From contig CBDCWI010000001.1 in assembly GCA_965223325.1 (NCBI GenBank), positions 1,376,001 through 1,440,000 on the forward strand: a DNA stretch of 64,000 nt, given 5' to 3'. The translations under genes and the position numbers were made by a program. Each line of letters starts with the position of its first letter. Within the stretch, counting starts at the first letter, position 1. Shown piece after piece: positions 17,655-26,136 of the stretch. Origin of the DNA: Candidatus Multivoradales bacterium. GTDB lineage: Bacteria; Acidobacteriota; Thermoanaerobaculia; Multivoradales; Multivoraceae. A model generated the notes under the pieces. The model was not told the origin of the DNA and did no database searches. It saw only the letters and a list, made by a program, of their open reading frames with translations.

Positions 17655-18356
17655 CTACCAGGGCAAAGACTCGCCCTTGTAGTCGAAGAAGCGCCCATTG
17701 AGCGACGTCGCGGGACGCGCGAGAACTTCCTTGAGGCCTGCCGCACTCTCCTCCGGTGTGATCGCCGCACTCGGCCCACCCATGCGAGTCTGGACCCAGC
17801 CGGGATGGAGCGCTACGACGGCCACCCCGTACTTCGCGAGATCAACGGACAGGCTCTTGACCACAGCGTTGGCCGCTGCCTTCGATGATCGGTAGGCATA
17901 GTGCCGCCCGTCACCGTGAGCAATCGAACCCATGATGCTCGAGATCACCGCTACACGACCATCGCGACTCCGCCGGATGTTGTCGAGCAAGGCCTCGGTA
18001 ACTCGCGCAGGTCCGAGCACGTTGATGTCCAGGACCTCGCGCCAGGACTCGTAGTCGAGCGAGCCGATATCTTGGCCACCGCTGTCGCCGGCCGGTCCGT
18101 AGACTCCGGCGTTGTTGATCAGGAGGTCGACCGGCGTTCCAGCCAGAGCGTCTGGCAGACCAGCCAACGAGTCCGCGTTGGTGACCTCCAGGGTGTTGAT
18201 GTTGAGACTAGCCTCTGCGCTTGCCAGCTCCTGGAGCTCGGTCGCGTCGGAGGGTTCTCGGCAACAGGCATGGACCGTCCATCCGTCAGCGGCATAGGCG
18301 CGAGCAAGCGCCAGGCCGATTCCACGGTTCGCTCCGGTGATAACAGTTGTGGGCAT
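17655..18356 (-). CDS. Short-chain dehydrogenase/reductase (C-factor/CsgA-like subfamily)
   Basis: VITGANRGIG, LINNAG, YRSSKAA, LHPGWVQTRMGG, ESLPW; ATG at 18356 follows AAGGA. Confidence 0.92.
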   Translation of the reverse strand: MPTTVITGANRGIGLALARAYAADGWTVHACCREPSDATELQELASAEASLNINTLEVTNADSLAGLPDALAGTPVDLLINNAGVYGPAGDSGGQDIGSLDYESWREVLDINVLGPARVTEALLDNIRRSRDGRVAVISSIMGSIAHGDGRHYAYRSSKAAANAVVKSLSVDLAKYGVAVVALHPGWVQTRMGGPSAAITPEESAAGLKEVLARPATSLNGRFFDYKGESLPW

Positions 18357-18572
18357 GTTTGTCCTTGGGCCTTTCTCTTCGGGACCGTCGTTCTGTTGGC
18401 GGAGAGCCAGCGCAACAGGCCGTCTGCCTTTCGCGTACACAGGGCAAAGGGCGGTTCGGCTCAGATCGCTGGTCAATCTTTGGGATCAGTGCGAATGCTA
18501 TCCAAAGCTCTACGTACTAGAAGGGCCACTCCTAAGATACCGTCGCAAAACAAGAACCAAGGACCTGGAACC

Positions 18573-20357
18573 ATGAGACCACGCCTTGCCATGCTGTCGG
18601 TCGTTGCCTGCGCCCTGTGCGCAAGCGCACTCACGGCCGAGATCACCGCTATCGAGAACGTACGTCTTTTCGACGGCGAAACCGTTCGAGAAAACGCCAC
18701 GATCGTTTTCGATACCCACGTCATCGCGGTCGGAACGAGCGCCGATATCGAGATTCCCGGCGGCGCAAAACGCGTCGACGGTAAGGGCAAGACGGTGCTC
18801 CCTGGTCTGATCGATGCCCACACCCACGTCTTCGGCGCGGTTCTTGCGGACGCGCTCAACTTCGGCGTCACCAGCTGCCTCGACATGTTCACCCACCCCC
18901 AGATGGCCAAGGGCATGCGAGCACAACAGAAGGACGGTGGACCCGCCAACCGCGCCGACCTGTTCTCGGCAGGCTTTCTGGTCACCGCAACTGGCGGCCA
19001 CGGCACGCAGTTTGGGCTCGAAGTCCCAACCCTCGACGACCCGGAGGAAGCCGAGGAGTTCGTCGCCGCGCGGGTGGCCGAGGGTTCTGACTACATCAAG
19101 CTGATCTACGAGGGCGGCGAGAATATCGGCCGCCCGTTGCCCACCCTTTCCTACGAAGCGCTCGAAAAGGCGATTGCGGCGGCGCACGCTCACGGGAAGC
19201 TCGCCGTGGTCCACGTCAGTACGCTCGAACGCGCCAAAGAAGCCGTGGCGGCAGGTGCCGACGGCCTGGTCCACATCTTCTACGACCAGGAAACCGACGA
19301 CGCCTTCGTGGAGGCCGCGCGCGAGAGAGGGATCTTCATCGTCCCAACCCTGGCGATCACCGAAAGCGTGCTCGGCAATGGAGAGGGCAAGAAACTGGCC
19401 GAAGACGAGGCCATTGCGGCGCATGCGACGCGCGAGCAGATCCTCAACCTCGGCCGCTCTTTCCCGGCCCGCGAGGGTTTTTCGATCGATGCCGTTCTCG
19501 CGTCGGTCGGGCGCCTCGATGAAGCAGGCATTCCAATGCTCGCCGGCACCGACGCCCCCAACCCGGGCACCGCCTTCGGCATTTCGATGCACCGCGACCT
19601 CGAGCTGCTGGTCGAGGCAGGTGTGGCGCCGATCGCGGCACTTAGAGGCGCAACCGCTCAGACCGCCGCCGCCTTCCAGCTCGAAGACCGCGGCACGTTG
19701 GTTCCCGGCAAGTTGGCGCACGTAGTTCTCGTCGATGGCGACCCAACGACGGACATCAAGCGAACCCGCAACATCGCCGGCATCTGGAAGGGCGGCGAAC
19801 GGTTCGAACGCGAAGTAGCCGAGCCCCAGACCGAACACCCCTCCCATGCCGCCGGCCTGGTCACCGACTTCGAAAGCGACGAGGCAGGCGAATCGCCCGA
19901 AGCGGCTAGCTGGGGCGGCACCTGGACCGTCTCGACCGACAAGATGATGGGCGGTGGTTCGACCGGGACAATGCACATCGTTACCGAGAACGGCAACAAC
20001 GTCCTCGAGGTCTCAGGCGAAATGAAGCCGGGCGCCCCGAACATGTGGTCAGGCCCCATGCTGGGAGCGGCGGCACAGATGATGACTCGACGCAGTCTCG
20101 AGGGCGACCGTTTCCGCATCCGCCTCAAAGGCGAAGAAGCCGGACAGGTCTACCTCTATGTGTTCGCCGAGTCGCTCGGCTTCATGCCCTCGATCCACCC
20201 GGTCTCAGTGACCACAGACTGGACGATCGTCGAAGTGCCATTCGATGACTTCTCAGGCTTCGACGCCTCCGGCTTTCAGGCGATTCTGTTCTCGGGGCCA
20301 CCGCAAGAAGGCACGTTTCGCTTCTGGATGGACGACTTCGAAGTGGTTGCGGACTGA
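18573..20357 (+). CDS. Secreted amidohydrolase family protein with C-terminal CIA30-like carbohydrate-binding domain
   Basis: Signal peptide; PGLIDAHTH, IK, VVH, DGLVH, AGTDAPNPG; C-terminal STDKMMGGGS...FWMDDF. Confidence 0.88.
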   Translation: MRPRLAMLSVVACALCASALTAEITAIENVRLFDGETVRENATIVFDTHVIAVGTSADIEIPGGAKRVDGKGKTVLPGLIDAHTHVFGAVLADALNFGVTSCLDMFTHPQMAKGMRAQQKDGGPANRADLFSAGFLVTATGGHGTQFGLEVPTLDDPEEAEEFVAARVAEGSDYIKLIYEGGENIGRPLPTLSYEALEKAIAAAHAHGKLAVVHVSTLERAKEAVAAGADGLVHIFYDQETDDAFVEAARERGIFIVPTLAITESVLGNGEGKKLAEDEAIAAHATREQILNLGRSFPAREGFSIDAVLASVGRLDEAGIPMLAGTDAPNPGTAFGISMHRDLELLVEAGVAPIAALRGATAQTAAAFQLEDRGTLVPGKLAHVVLVDGDPTTDIKRTRNIAGIWKGGERFEREVAEPQTEHPSHAAGLVTDFESDEAGESPEAASWGGTWTVSTDKMMGGGSTGTMHIVTENGNNVLEVSGEMKPGAPNMWSGPMLGAAAQMMTRRSLEGDRFRIRLKGEEAGQVYLYVFAESLGFMPSIHPVSVTTDWTIVEVPFDDFSGFDASGFQAILFSGPPQEGTFRFWMDDFEVVAD

Positions 20358-20428
20358 GACAGGACTACGCTCACCCTCGCGATGAATGAGAACGAAGCCC
20401 ACAGGTCGCCCACGTTGGGGTCACCGCC

Positions 20429-20746
20429 CTACTCGTCCGGAACGACGAATCGTCCTGTCGGTGTTGGCCTGGGGTTCCTGCGCAGATCATCGTCGATCTT
20501 TTTCCAGGATTCTGGATAGTCCTCGCGCGAAGGGCGCGCCCAGAGGGGAGGCCAGTTGTCGATGTCGCCGACCTGCTCGCCGTCGACGAAGACGGTCCAC
20601 ATCGGCTCCGCGGGGAAGTCGTTCAACCTCAACCGGATCTCATGGTCTTCCAAAAGGCAGATCATCGGATAGTCGACGTCCTCGAAGTACTCGAAGACCA
20701 GTTGCCTCTCCTGCAATGCGCTCAAGGTTACCTTCGGCATACTCAA
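20429..20746 (-). CDS. Putative immunity protein for toxin A
   Basis: 105 aa; TTG start overlaps the toxin stop (TTGA); RLNDFPAEPMWT and DIDNWPPLW motifs; paralogue at 23177-23494. Confidence 0.7.
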   Translation of the reverse strand: MSMPKVTLSALQERQLVFEYFEDVDYPMICLLEDHEIRLRLNDFPAEPMWTVFVDGEQVGDIDNWPPLWARPSREDYPESWKKIDDDLRRNPRPTPTGRFVVPDE

Positions 20747-22902
20747 CTCACCTTCTTGGTCACGGCCGCGTTGGTCTTCGAAGACGTTCCTATGATCCTC
20801 TCATAGGCTTCTTGAGGGGAGTGGCCAGCATCTAGGTACTTCCCGACGAGTTCGGCGAACGACGGTCCGTCGGAGTAGCCATGGTGGAAGAGGTCCCGAT
20901 GCTGAAGAAGCAGAACGTCTCTGGCGGATCCCATCATCGCGCGAGCCTCGAGCCGTGCCTGATGGCGTACTGTCCAGGCCCTGAAAGCGCGCTCCTCAAC
21001 GCCTAGCCCACTCGCAAGCCAGTCATGGTTGAGGCGCTCGACAGAGCCCGCCTGGCGGTTGTACCAATCCCGGATGACCGACGGGTCAAGATCTCCGACG
21101 GGTCGAGGGCTCAGGATAGGTTTCCAACGCGCGTCCAGGCGCCACTCTAATCCCTCGTTGGCGGCGCGATAGGCAAGCCGATCAAGTGAGCGTTGGTCTC
21201 CGAGACTCCGGACTTCTCTGGTCAGACTCGAGACTTCGGACCACGAGATCTGACCAAGCATGAGCCCATCGAGCTCAGCCGAAAGCCTCGCGAGCTCATC
21301 GGGTGACGCGGAGGAGGCGATGTCACGAAGCCGTGCTGCGTTGTGCGAGGGTGCAAGGTCGAACACCCTCCCGAGAGCGGTCGCGCGAGCGGCACTGAGG
21401 CCGGCCCGCACACTCTGCTTTGCAACGCTTGCTCCTGCTCCGCCGGCGGCGCTGGCGAAGGCGTCGAAGGTCACTCTGCCTGCGGCTTCTGACATGTAAC
21501 GGGCGGTGGTGCCGGTTCGCTTGGCTTCTTGCCAGCCGTCGCGTAAGGTCTCCCAGGCCATTTGTGCACCGAGTAGAAGCTCGGCCTGTGCGTCGGACTG
21601 GGCCTCGGGATCGACGACGCCAACGCCGAGGTTGGTCGCTTTGACGACTGTGGTTCCCAGGGCGCCCAGGTCTTTCCAGGTCTGGGCGCGGAAGAGGGAC
21701 TTGAAGGCTTCCACCGCCTCGACCCCACCTTCGGCCATTCCCTCGACGTAGCCGTACCCGACCTGCTCGAGCACTGGCTCGAGGTACTCAATCGTGGAGC
21801 CGCCCAGGTTGTGGATCTGCTCCTGAACGAGTTCTCGGTAGCGGGGATCGAGAGAGGTCATGAGCTCCTCGTCGAGGGCCATCTTGCGCAGCGCTTCGAT
21901 GAGGGCCGGCCCTTCGCCCGGGCCGGCGCTGGCGATGGCCTTGCGAATCTCGACCACCTTCGCCATCTCGGTGCCGCTGCTCTCTAAGGCGGCGTGGATG
22001 CGCTCGGCGGCGGTGTAGGCGTTGGCGTGTCCTCTTACGTTGACGGTTTCGCCGTGCGTCCAGGCCGGGACGGCGAGCGTCTGGCCGATCTGGAGAACGC
22101 TTTCTCGGGTGATGTCGGGGTTGACCGCGAGTAGATCGTCGACGGTCACGCCGAGCGACTGGGCAAGCGCCGAGAGGCTATCGCCCTGTTCGATGGTGAG
22201 CTGGAAACCCGGGGCGTCGGGGTTGGGTTCGAGAGCCGGGTCGCGAAACACCGGCGCCCAGGATGACTCGACGCCTGCTTCGCCGAGGCCATGGAACCAG
22301 GCCGCATCATCGAGGTTGAAGTCCCCGCCTGCCTCGAAGTCATTGGTGAAGGAGAAACCGCCGAAGTCGACGCTCGCTTCCGGCCAGGCGTCGTCTTGCT
22401 GCGGCAGACCGCCCCAGAGGCTGAACTCTGCAGGCTCGGTGTCAAAGCCTGGGGCATCCCAGTTCCATTCGAAGTCGTCGAGCCCCAACCCCAGCTCCTG
22501 ATCTTCGGTGGTGCCGATGTCCCAACCGAAGTCCCAGCCGAGGTCGAACTCTCGCGGTTCTTCGTGGAGGTTGGAAGTGCCGAAATCGTAGGGCGACCGG
22601 TCGAGACTCCAGTCGGCACCGAACGGATCGCCATAGGAGAAGTCGGAGCCGGTGTTCCAGAGATTCTCGGCGTTGGCGCCGAAGTCAGTGCCGAAGTCCG
22701 CATCGAACTCGAACCCGAGGTCGAAGGTCGCGGGCGGCTTTGTGTTCGAGTCGAAGAGTGAGCCGAAGCCACCCGAAGCTGACGGTTCGTAGCTGTCGTG
22801 CCCGAGGCTCGGCGAGGTCCCGAAACCGCCGTCAGTGCCTCCGAAGGTGTCACCCAGGTCGAGGCTGAAACCCGAGGGGTTGTCGTTTCTGATGTCGGTC
22901 AT
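20743..22902 (-). CDS. Putative polymorphic toxin A: acidic D/F/G/W-rich N-terminus, LysM, helical/hydrophobic linker, C-terminal putative toxin domain
   Basis: N-terminus shared with 24069-25838; LysM TIEQGDSLSALA...LLAVNPDI...LQIGQTLAVP; unique C-terminus IRDWY...ARLEARAMM...GPSFAEL...IIGTSSKTN; coupled small downstream gene. Confidence 0.75.
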   Translation of the reverse strand: MTDIRNDNPSGFSLDLGDTFGGTDGGFGTSPSLGHDSYEPSASGGFGSLFDSNTKPPATFDLGFEFDADFGTDFGANAENLWNTGSDFSYGDPFGADWSLDRSPYDFGTSNLHEEPREFDLGWDFGWDIGTTEDQELGLGLDDFEWNWDAPGFDTEPAEFSLWGGLPQQDDAWPEASVDFGGFSFTNDFEAGGDFNLDDAAWFHGLGEAGVESSWAPVFRDPALEPNPDAPGFQLTIEQGDSLSALAQSLGVTVDDLLAVNPDITRESVLQIGQTLAVPAWTHGETVNVRGHANAYTAAERIHAALESSGTEMAKVVEIRKAIASAGPGEGPALIEALRKMALDEELMTSLDPRYRELVQEQIHNLGGSTIEYLEPVLEQVGYGYVEGMAEGGVEAVEAFKSLFRAQTWKDLGALGTTVVKATNLGVGVVDPEAQSDAQAELLLGAQMAWETLRDGWQEAKRTGTTARYMSEAAGRVTFDAFASAAGGAGASVAKQSVRAGLSAARATALGRVFDLAPSHNAARLRDIASSASPDELARLSAELDGLMLGQISWSEVSSLTREVRSLGDQRSLDRLAYRAANEGLEWRLDARWKPILSPRPVGDLDPSVIRDWYNRQAGSVERLNHDWLASGLGVEERAFRAWTVRHQARLEARAMMGSARDVLLLQHRDLFHHGYSDGPSFAELVGKYLDAGHSPQEAYERIIGTSSKTNAAVTKKVS

Positions 22903-23003
22903 GGCGCGGGGCTCCGGAAGGCAGGGGTGAGCTGTCAATCGCCTTCTTCCGACATCGAGCGACGTTGTTACCGGCCAACGGAGCGGGCCATTGCGCCCGA
23001 AAC
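22236..23003. repeat. Direct repeat copy 1 (about 770 bp): toxin upstream region plus N-terminal coding region
   Basis: Aligns to 25172-25939 at offset 2936; near-identical over about 22327-22925 and more diverged at both ends. Confidence 0.95.
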
Positions 23004-23176
23004 CAGTGGGAGTCCAATCGGGCTCTCGCCCTTGTGTCGCTCTGGATCATCGCCCGCCTTGTCCAGCACACCGAACATCAAGGCGACCGGCGCGAATAGC
23101 GGAGGAGGACGCCGGAGTGCTCTCTCGGTGGGGTGCAGTTGGAGTTCGCAGGCCCCCGCGCTGGGGAGCTAACGTG

Positions 23177-23494
23177 CTATTCGTCCGGAACGACGAATCG
23201 TCCGCTCGGTGTTGGTCTGGGGTTCTTGCGCAGATCGTGGTCGATCTTTCTCCAGGACTCTGGATAGTCCTCCCGCGAAGGGCGCGCCCAGAGGGGAGGC
23301 CAGTTGTCGATGTCGCCGATCCGCTCGTCGTTGACGAAGACGGTCCACATCGGCTCCGCGGGGAAGTCGTTCAACCTCATCCGGACCTCCTGGTCTTCCA
23401 GTTGGCAGATCATCGGATAGTCGACGTCCTCGAAGTACTCGAAGACCAGCTGCCTCTCCTGCAATGCGTTCAGGGTTACCTTCGGCACCTTCAA
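23177..23494 (-). CDS. Orphan immunity-like protein, paralogue of 20429-20746
   Basis: 90/105 residues identical by manual alignment; same TTGA start overlap. Confidence 0.75.
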   Translation of the reverse strand: MKVPKVTLNALQERQLVFEYFEDVDYPMICQLEDQEVRMRLNDFPAEPMWTVFVNDERIGDIDNWPPLWARPSREDYPESWRKIDHDLRKNPRPTPSGRFVVPDE

Positions 23495-23550
23495 GTCACT
23501 CTCTTGTTCACGGCCCCGTTGGTCCTCGAGACGTTTCGATGATCTTCGCG
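23491..23550 (-). pseudogene. Frameshifted remnant of a toxin-A-type C-terminal tip
   Basis: KIIET[S]/SRTNGAVNKRVT* versus toxin A RIIGTSSKTNAAVTKKVS*; 1-nt deletion (tct tcg to tc tcg). Confidence 0.8.
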
Positions 23551-23619
23551 GTTCTTTTGGGTCCCTGGGCAGTGCCGAAGTCGCAAGGCGAAAGACCGAG
23601 ACGCCAGAGCCCGAACGCG

Positions 23620-24072
23620 TCAGGTCTCGGTCTCAACGAAGGACGCGATCTTGATCTCATCGCGGTCCAGGCCCTCGTGGTCCATGAGAACGGCGCGGAC
23701 CTTGCCGTCTCGCGAAATCCAATCCCACTGGCTTGGGCCCGGATGCGCTCCTGGCGTAACAGCGTCGCAATCGAGGGTGCGGCACAGAGCCTTGGCGAAC
23801 TCCTCGAAGATGGCGGTGTTCTCGGCGTCGTTGGTTCCAAGGCCAAGTCCCTCCTCCACTTCGTCGAAAACATCCGTCGAAAGCTGTAGCGGGTAGTCGC
23901 CGTAGCGCGGATAGCGGATGAGAATGACGGAATGCTCCCTCGGTGGGTGCAGTTCGTCGAGGTCTCGAAAGATCCCAACGCGTTCCGGCGGCACTTCGCA
24001 CACCTCGGCTACGGCGGCGCGCAGCGTCTCGTCGTCATAGCACTTGTCGAGCAGGATCTCATTCCAGATCAT
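23620..24072 (-). CDS. Putative immunity protein for toxin B
   Basis: 150 aa, acidic; ATGA overlap with the toxin B stop; unrelated to the other immunity pair. Confidence 0.68.
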   Translation of the reverse strand: MIWNEILLDKCYDDETLRAAVAEVCEVPPERVGIFRDLDELHPPREHSVILIRYPRYGDYPLQLSTDVFDEVEEGLGLGTNDAENTAIFEEFAKALCRTLDCDAVTPGAHPGPSQWDWISRDGKVRAVLMDHEGLDRDEIKIASFVETET

Positions 24073-25838
24073 TGCAGTCGCTCCCAGACCTGCAGGGCCT
24101 TCTGGCGTTCTGCCTGGCCGACCTTTCTCAGGTCAAGAATCTTGTTCGCCCAGGCGGTGTTGCCGAACTTATTGTAGACGCCCAGGGCACCGTACTCAGC
24201 CCGTGTGAGAGGGTGCAGGCCCAACCCCGAGACAGGAAAGAAGCTCGAGTTGTGGACGCCGTAGATCCGCCCGTTCACCAGGAACTGGTCTCCCACGCGT
24301 ACGGCTCTCCCGGCGCGAATGGCCTGCACGTCTGCCGGCATGTTGACCCACGGTTCAGCCACTGTGTTCGCGTCCTTCTTCACTGACCCCTGGCTCACCT
24401 TCTCCGCTCGATGGCGAACGCCGGGGTTCCCGTAACGTCCCCAACGCTCGACGTCGTAGTTGGGCCGCGAGGCAGAACTGTTCGACGGTGCCACCCGCTC
24501 GGCCTGGAGCGGTGCCGAGCCGCGCGGGGTGAAACGGCCAAGCCATCGCTGCCCCATCGCACCCATTCCCATCATCGCCAGGTAGGAGGTGAGTTGAAGC
24601 GCCTTCTCCCCCTGGTTGACCCTGGTGCCCTTGACGGGTTCCGTCCCCGTAGCTGCGGCGATGCCGGTCTCTGTCAGGAAGTGTGCCGGGTTGAGGCCCT
24701 TGACGAACTCGTACGTCATGTCGATGTTCTTCCGCCAGGCGTCGTTGCCGAAGAGCAGGACATACTTGGCTCGCCTTTCGTTCTTCACGGCTGCATCAGG
24801 GCCGCTAGCGATCTCCCAGGCATCTTGCTGCCCCAGGATGGCGATCGCCTCTTCCTCAGTGAGCCGTATGCTTCCGATCTCGTTGGCCGTGAGGTTGCCG
24901 TCTCCCAGCGCACGGTAGAGTTCTGTCGTGGGCAGTGCCGGCTGCCGGGACGCCGGGACGGTTCGTTGGGCCGAGTCGGTGTTGGCTTCCTGACTGACTC
25001 GGCCCGGGACCGTAACGCGTTGGCCGATCTGGAGCCTGGTCGGGTCGACATCGGCATTGGCTTCTAGAAGATCCTCGGTCCTCATGCCGAGCGAGTTCGC
25101 GAGGGCGTCTATGGTGTCGCCGTCCTGAATGACGACTTCGAAGCCTGAGCCGGCCTCGGATAGGACGAGAACCGGGTCGCGAAACACCGGCGTCCAGGAT
25201 GTCTCTCCCTCTGCTTCGCTGAGGCCGTGGAACCAAGCCGCGTCATCGAGGCTGAAGTCTCGGCCTGCCTCGAAGTCATTGGTGAAGGAGAAACCGCCGA
25301 AGTCGACGCTCGCTTCCGGCCAGGCGTCGTCTTGCTGCGGCAGACCGCCCCAGAGGCTGAACTCTGCAGGCTCGGTGTCAAAGCCTGGGGCATCCCAGTT
25401 CCATTCGAAGTCGTCGAGCCCCAACCCCAGCTCCTGATCTTCGGTGGTGCCGATGTCCCAACCGAAGTCCCAGCCGAGGTCGAACTCTCGCGGTTCTTCG
25501 TGGAGGTTGGAAGTGCCGAAATCGTAGGGCGACCGGTCGAGACTCCAGTCGGCACCGAACGGATCGCCATAGGAGAAGTCGGAGCCGGTGTTCCAGAGAT
25601 TCTCGGCGTTGGCGCCGAAGTCAGTGCCGAAGTCCGCATCGAACTCGAACCCGAGGTCGAAGGTCGCGGGCGGCTTTGTGTTCGAGTCGAAGAGTGAGCC
25701 GAAGCCACCCGAAGCTGACGGTTCGTAGCTGTCGTGCCCGAGGCTCGGCGAGGTCCCGAAACCGCCGTCAGTGCCTCCGAAGGTGTCACCCAGGTTGAGG
25801 CTGAAACCCGAGGGGTTGTCGTTTCTGATGTCGGTCAT
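24069..25838 (-). CDS. Putative polymorphic toxin B: same acidic N-terminus, LysM, pre-toxin-like segment, different basic C-terminal domain
   Basis: First ~192 aa identical to toxin A except one D/N; LysM VIQDGDTIDALA...LLEAN...LQIGQRVTVP; AAATGTEPVKG resembles a pre-toxin TG motif; C-terminus VNGRIYGVH...FPVSG. Confidence 0.75.
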   Translation of the reverse strand: MTDIRNDNPSGFSLNLGDTFGGTDGGFGTSPSLGHDSYEPSASGGFGSLFDSNTKPPATFDLGFEFDADFGTDFGANAENLWNTGSDFSYGDPFGADWSLDRSPYDFGTSNLHEEPREFDLGWDFGWDIGTTEDQELGLGLDDFEWNWDAPGFDTEPAEFSLWGGLPQQDDAWPEASVDFGGFSFTNDFEAGRDFSLDDAAWFHGLSEAEGETSWTPVFRDPVLVLSEAGSGFEVVIQDGDTIDALANSLGMRTEDLLEANADVDPTRLQIGQRVTVPGRVSQEANTDSAQRTVPASRQPALPTTELYRALGDGNLTANEIGSIRLTEEEAIAILGQQDAWEIASGPDAAVKNERRAKYVLLFGNDAWRKNIDMTYEFVKGLNPAHFLTETGIAAATGTEPVKGTRVNQGEKALQLTSYLAMMGMGAMGQRWLGRFTPRGSAPLQAERVAPSNSSASRPNYDVERWGRYGNPGVRHRAEKVSQGSVKKDANTVAEPWVNMPADVQAIRAGRAVRVGDQFLVNGRIYGVHNSSFFPVSGLGLHPLTRAEYGALGVYNKFGNTAWANKILDLRKVGQAERQKALQVWERLQ

Positions 25839-25939
25839 GGCGCGGGGCTCCGGAAGGCAGGGGTGCGCTGTCTATCGCCTTCTTCCGAAATCGAGCGACG
25901 TTGTTACCGGCCAACGGAGTGGGCCATTGCGCCTGAAAC
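25172..25939. repeat. Direct repeat copy 2 (about 770 bp)
   Basis: Aligns to 22236-23003. Confidence 0.95.
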
Positions 25940-26096
25940 GACTGAGATGCCCGTCGAGACCTCGCCTCGTTTCGCCTGGATCAACCCACGGCAACCGGCT
26001 TCGAGCCCCTGGAGACCCGCCCTGAGCGGCCGGACCTCTGGCTGCACAGGTCAAAGCGCACCATTTTCGGGGCAATTCTCACGTTTTTCAGCCTAA

Positions 26097-26130
26097 AAAT
26101 GTGCAGATCATCACATAAAACTCCTATAAT
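26097..26130 (+). promoter_or_regulatory. CRP/FNR-family-like palindrome and perfect -10 (TATAAT) upstream of the ATPase
   Basis: AAATGTGCAGATCATCACATAA (TGTGc-N6-TCACA) at 26097-26118; TATAAT at 26125-26130, 6 nt before the ATG. Confidence 0.55.
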
Positions 26131-26136
26131 GAATGC

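Noticed and set aside
17901-18572. N-terminal extension of the amidohydrolase in the ORF track
   Set aside because: Overlaps the antisense SDR gene; a signal peptide begins at ATG 18573
22327-22902. Recurring ccgaag/gtcgaa words as a CRISPR array
   Set aside because: No constant repeat-spacer period and no cas genes; the words are reverse-complement codons for Phe-Gly and Phe-Asp
22236-25939. Long direct repeats as IS elements or prophage att sites
   Set aside because: The repeats are coding paralogue N-termini; no transposase, terminal inverted repeats or integrase is visible
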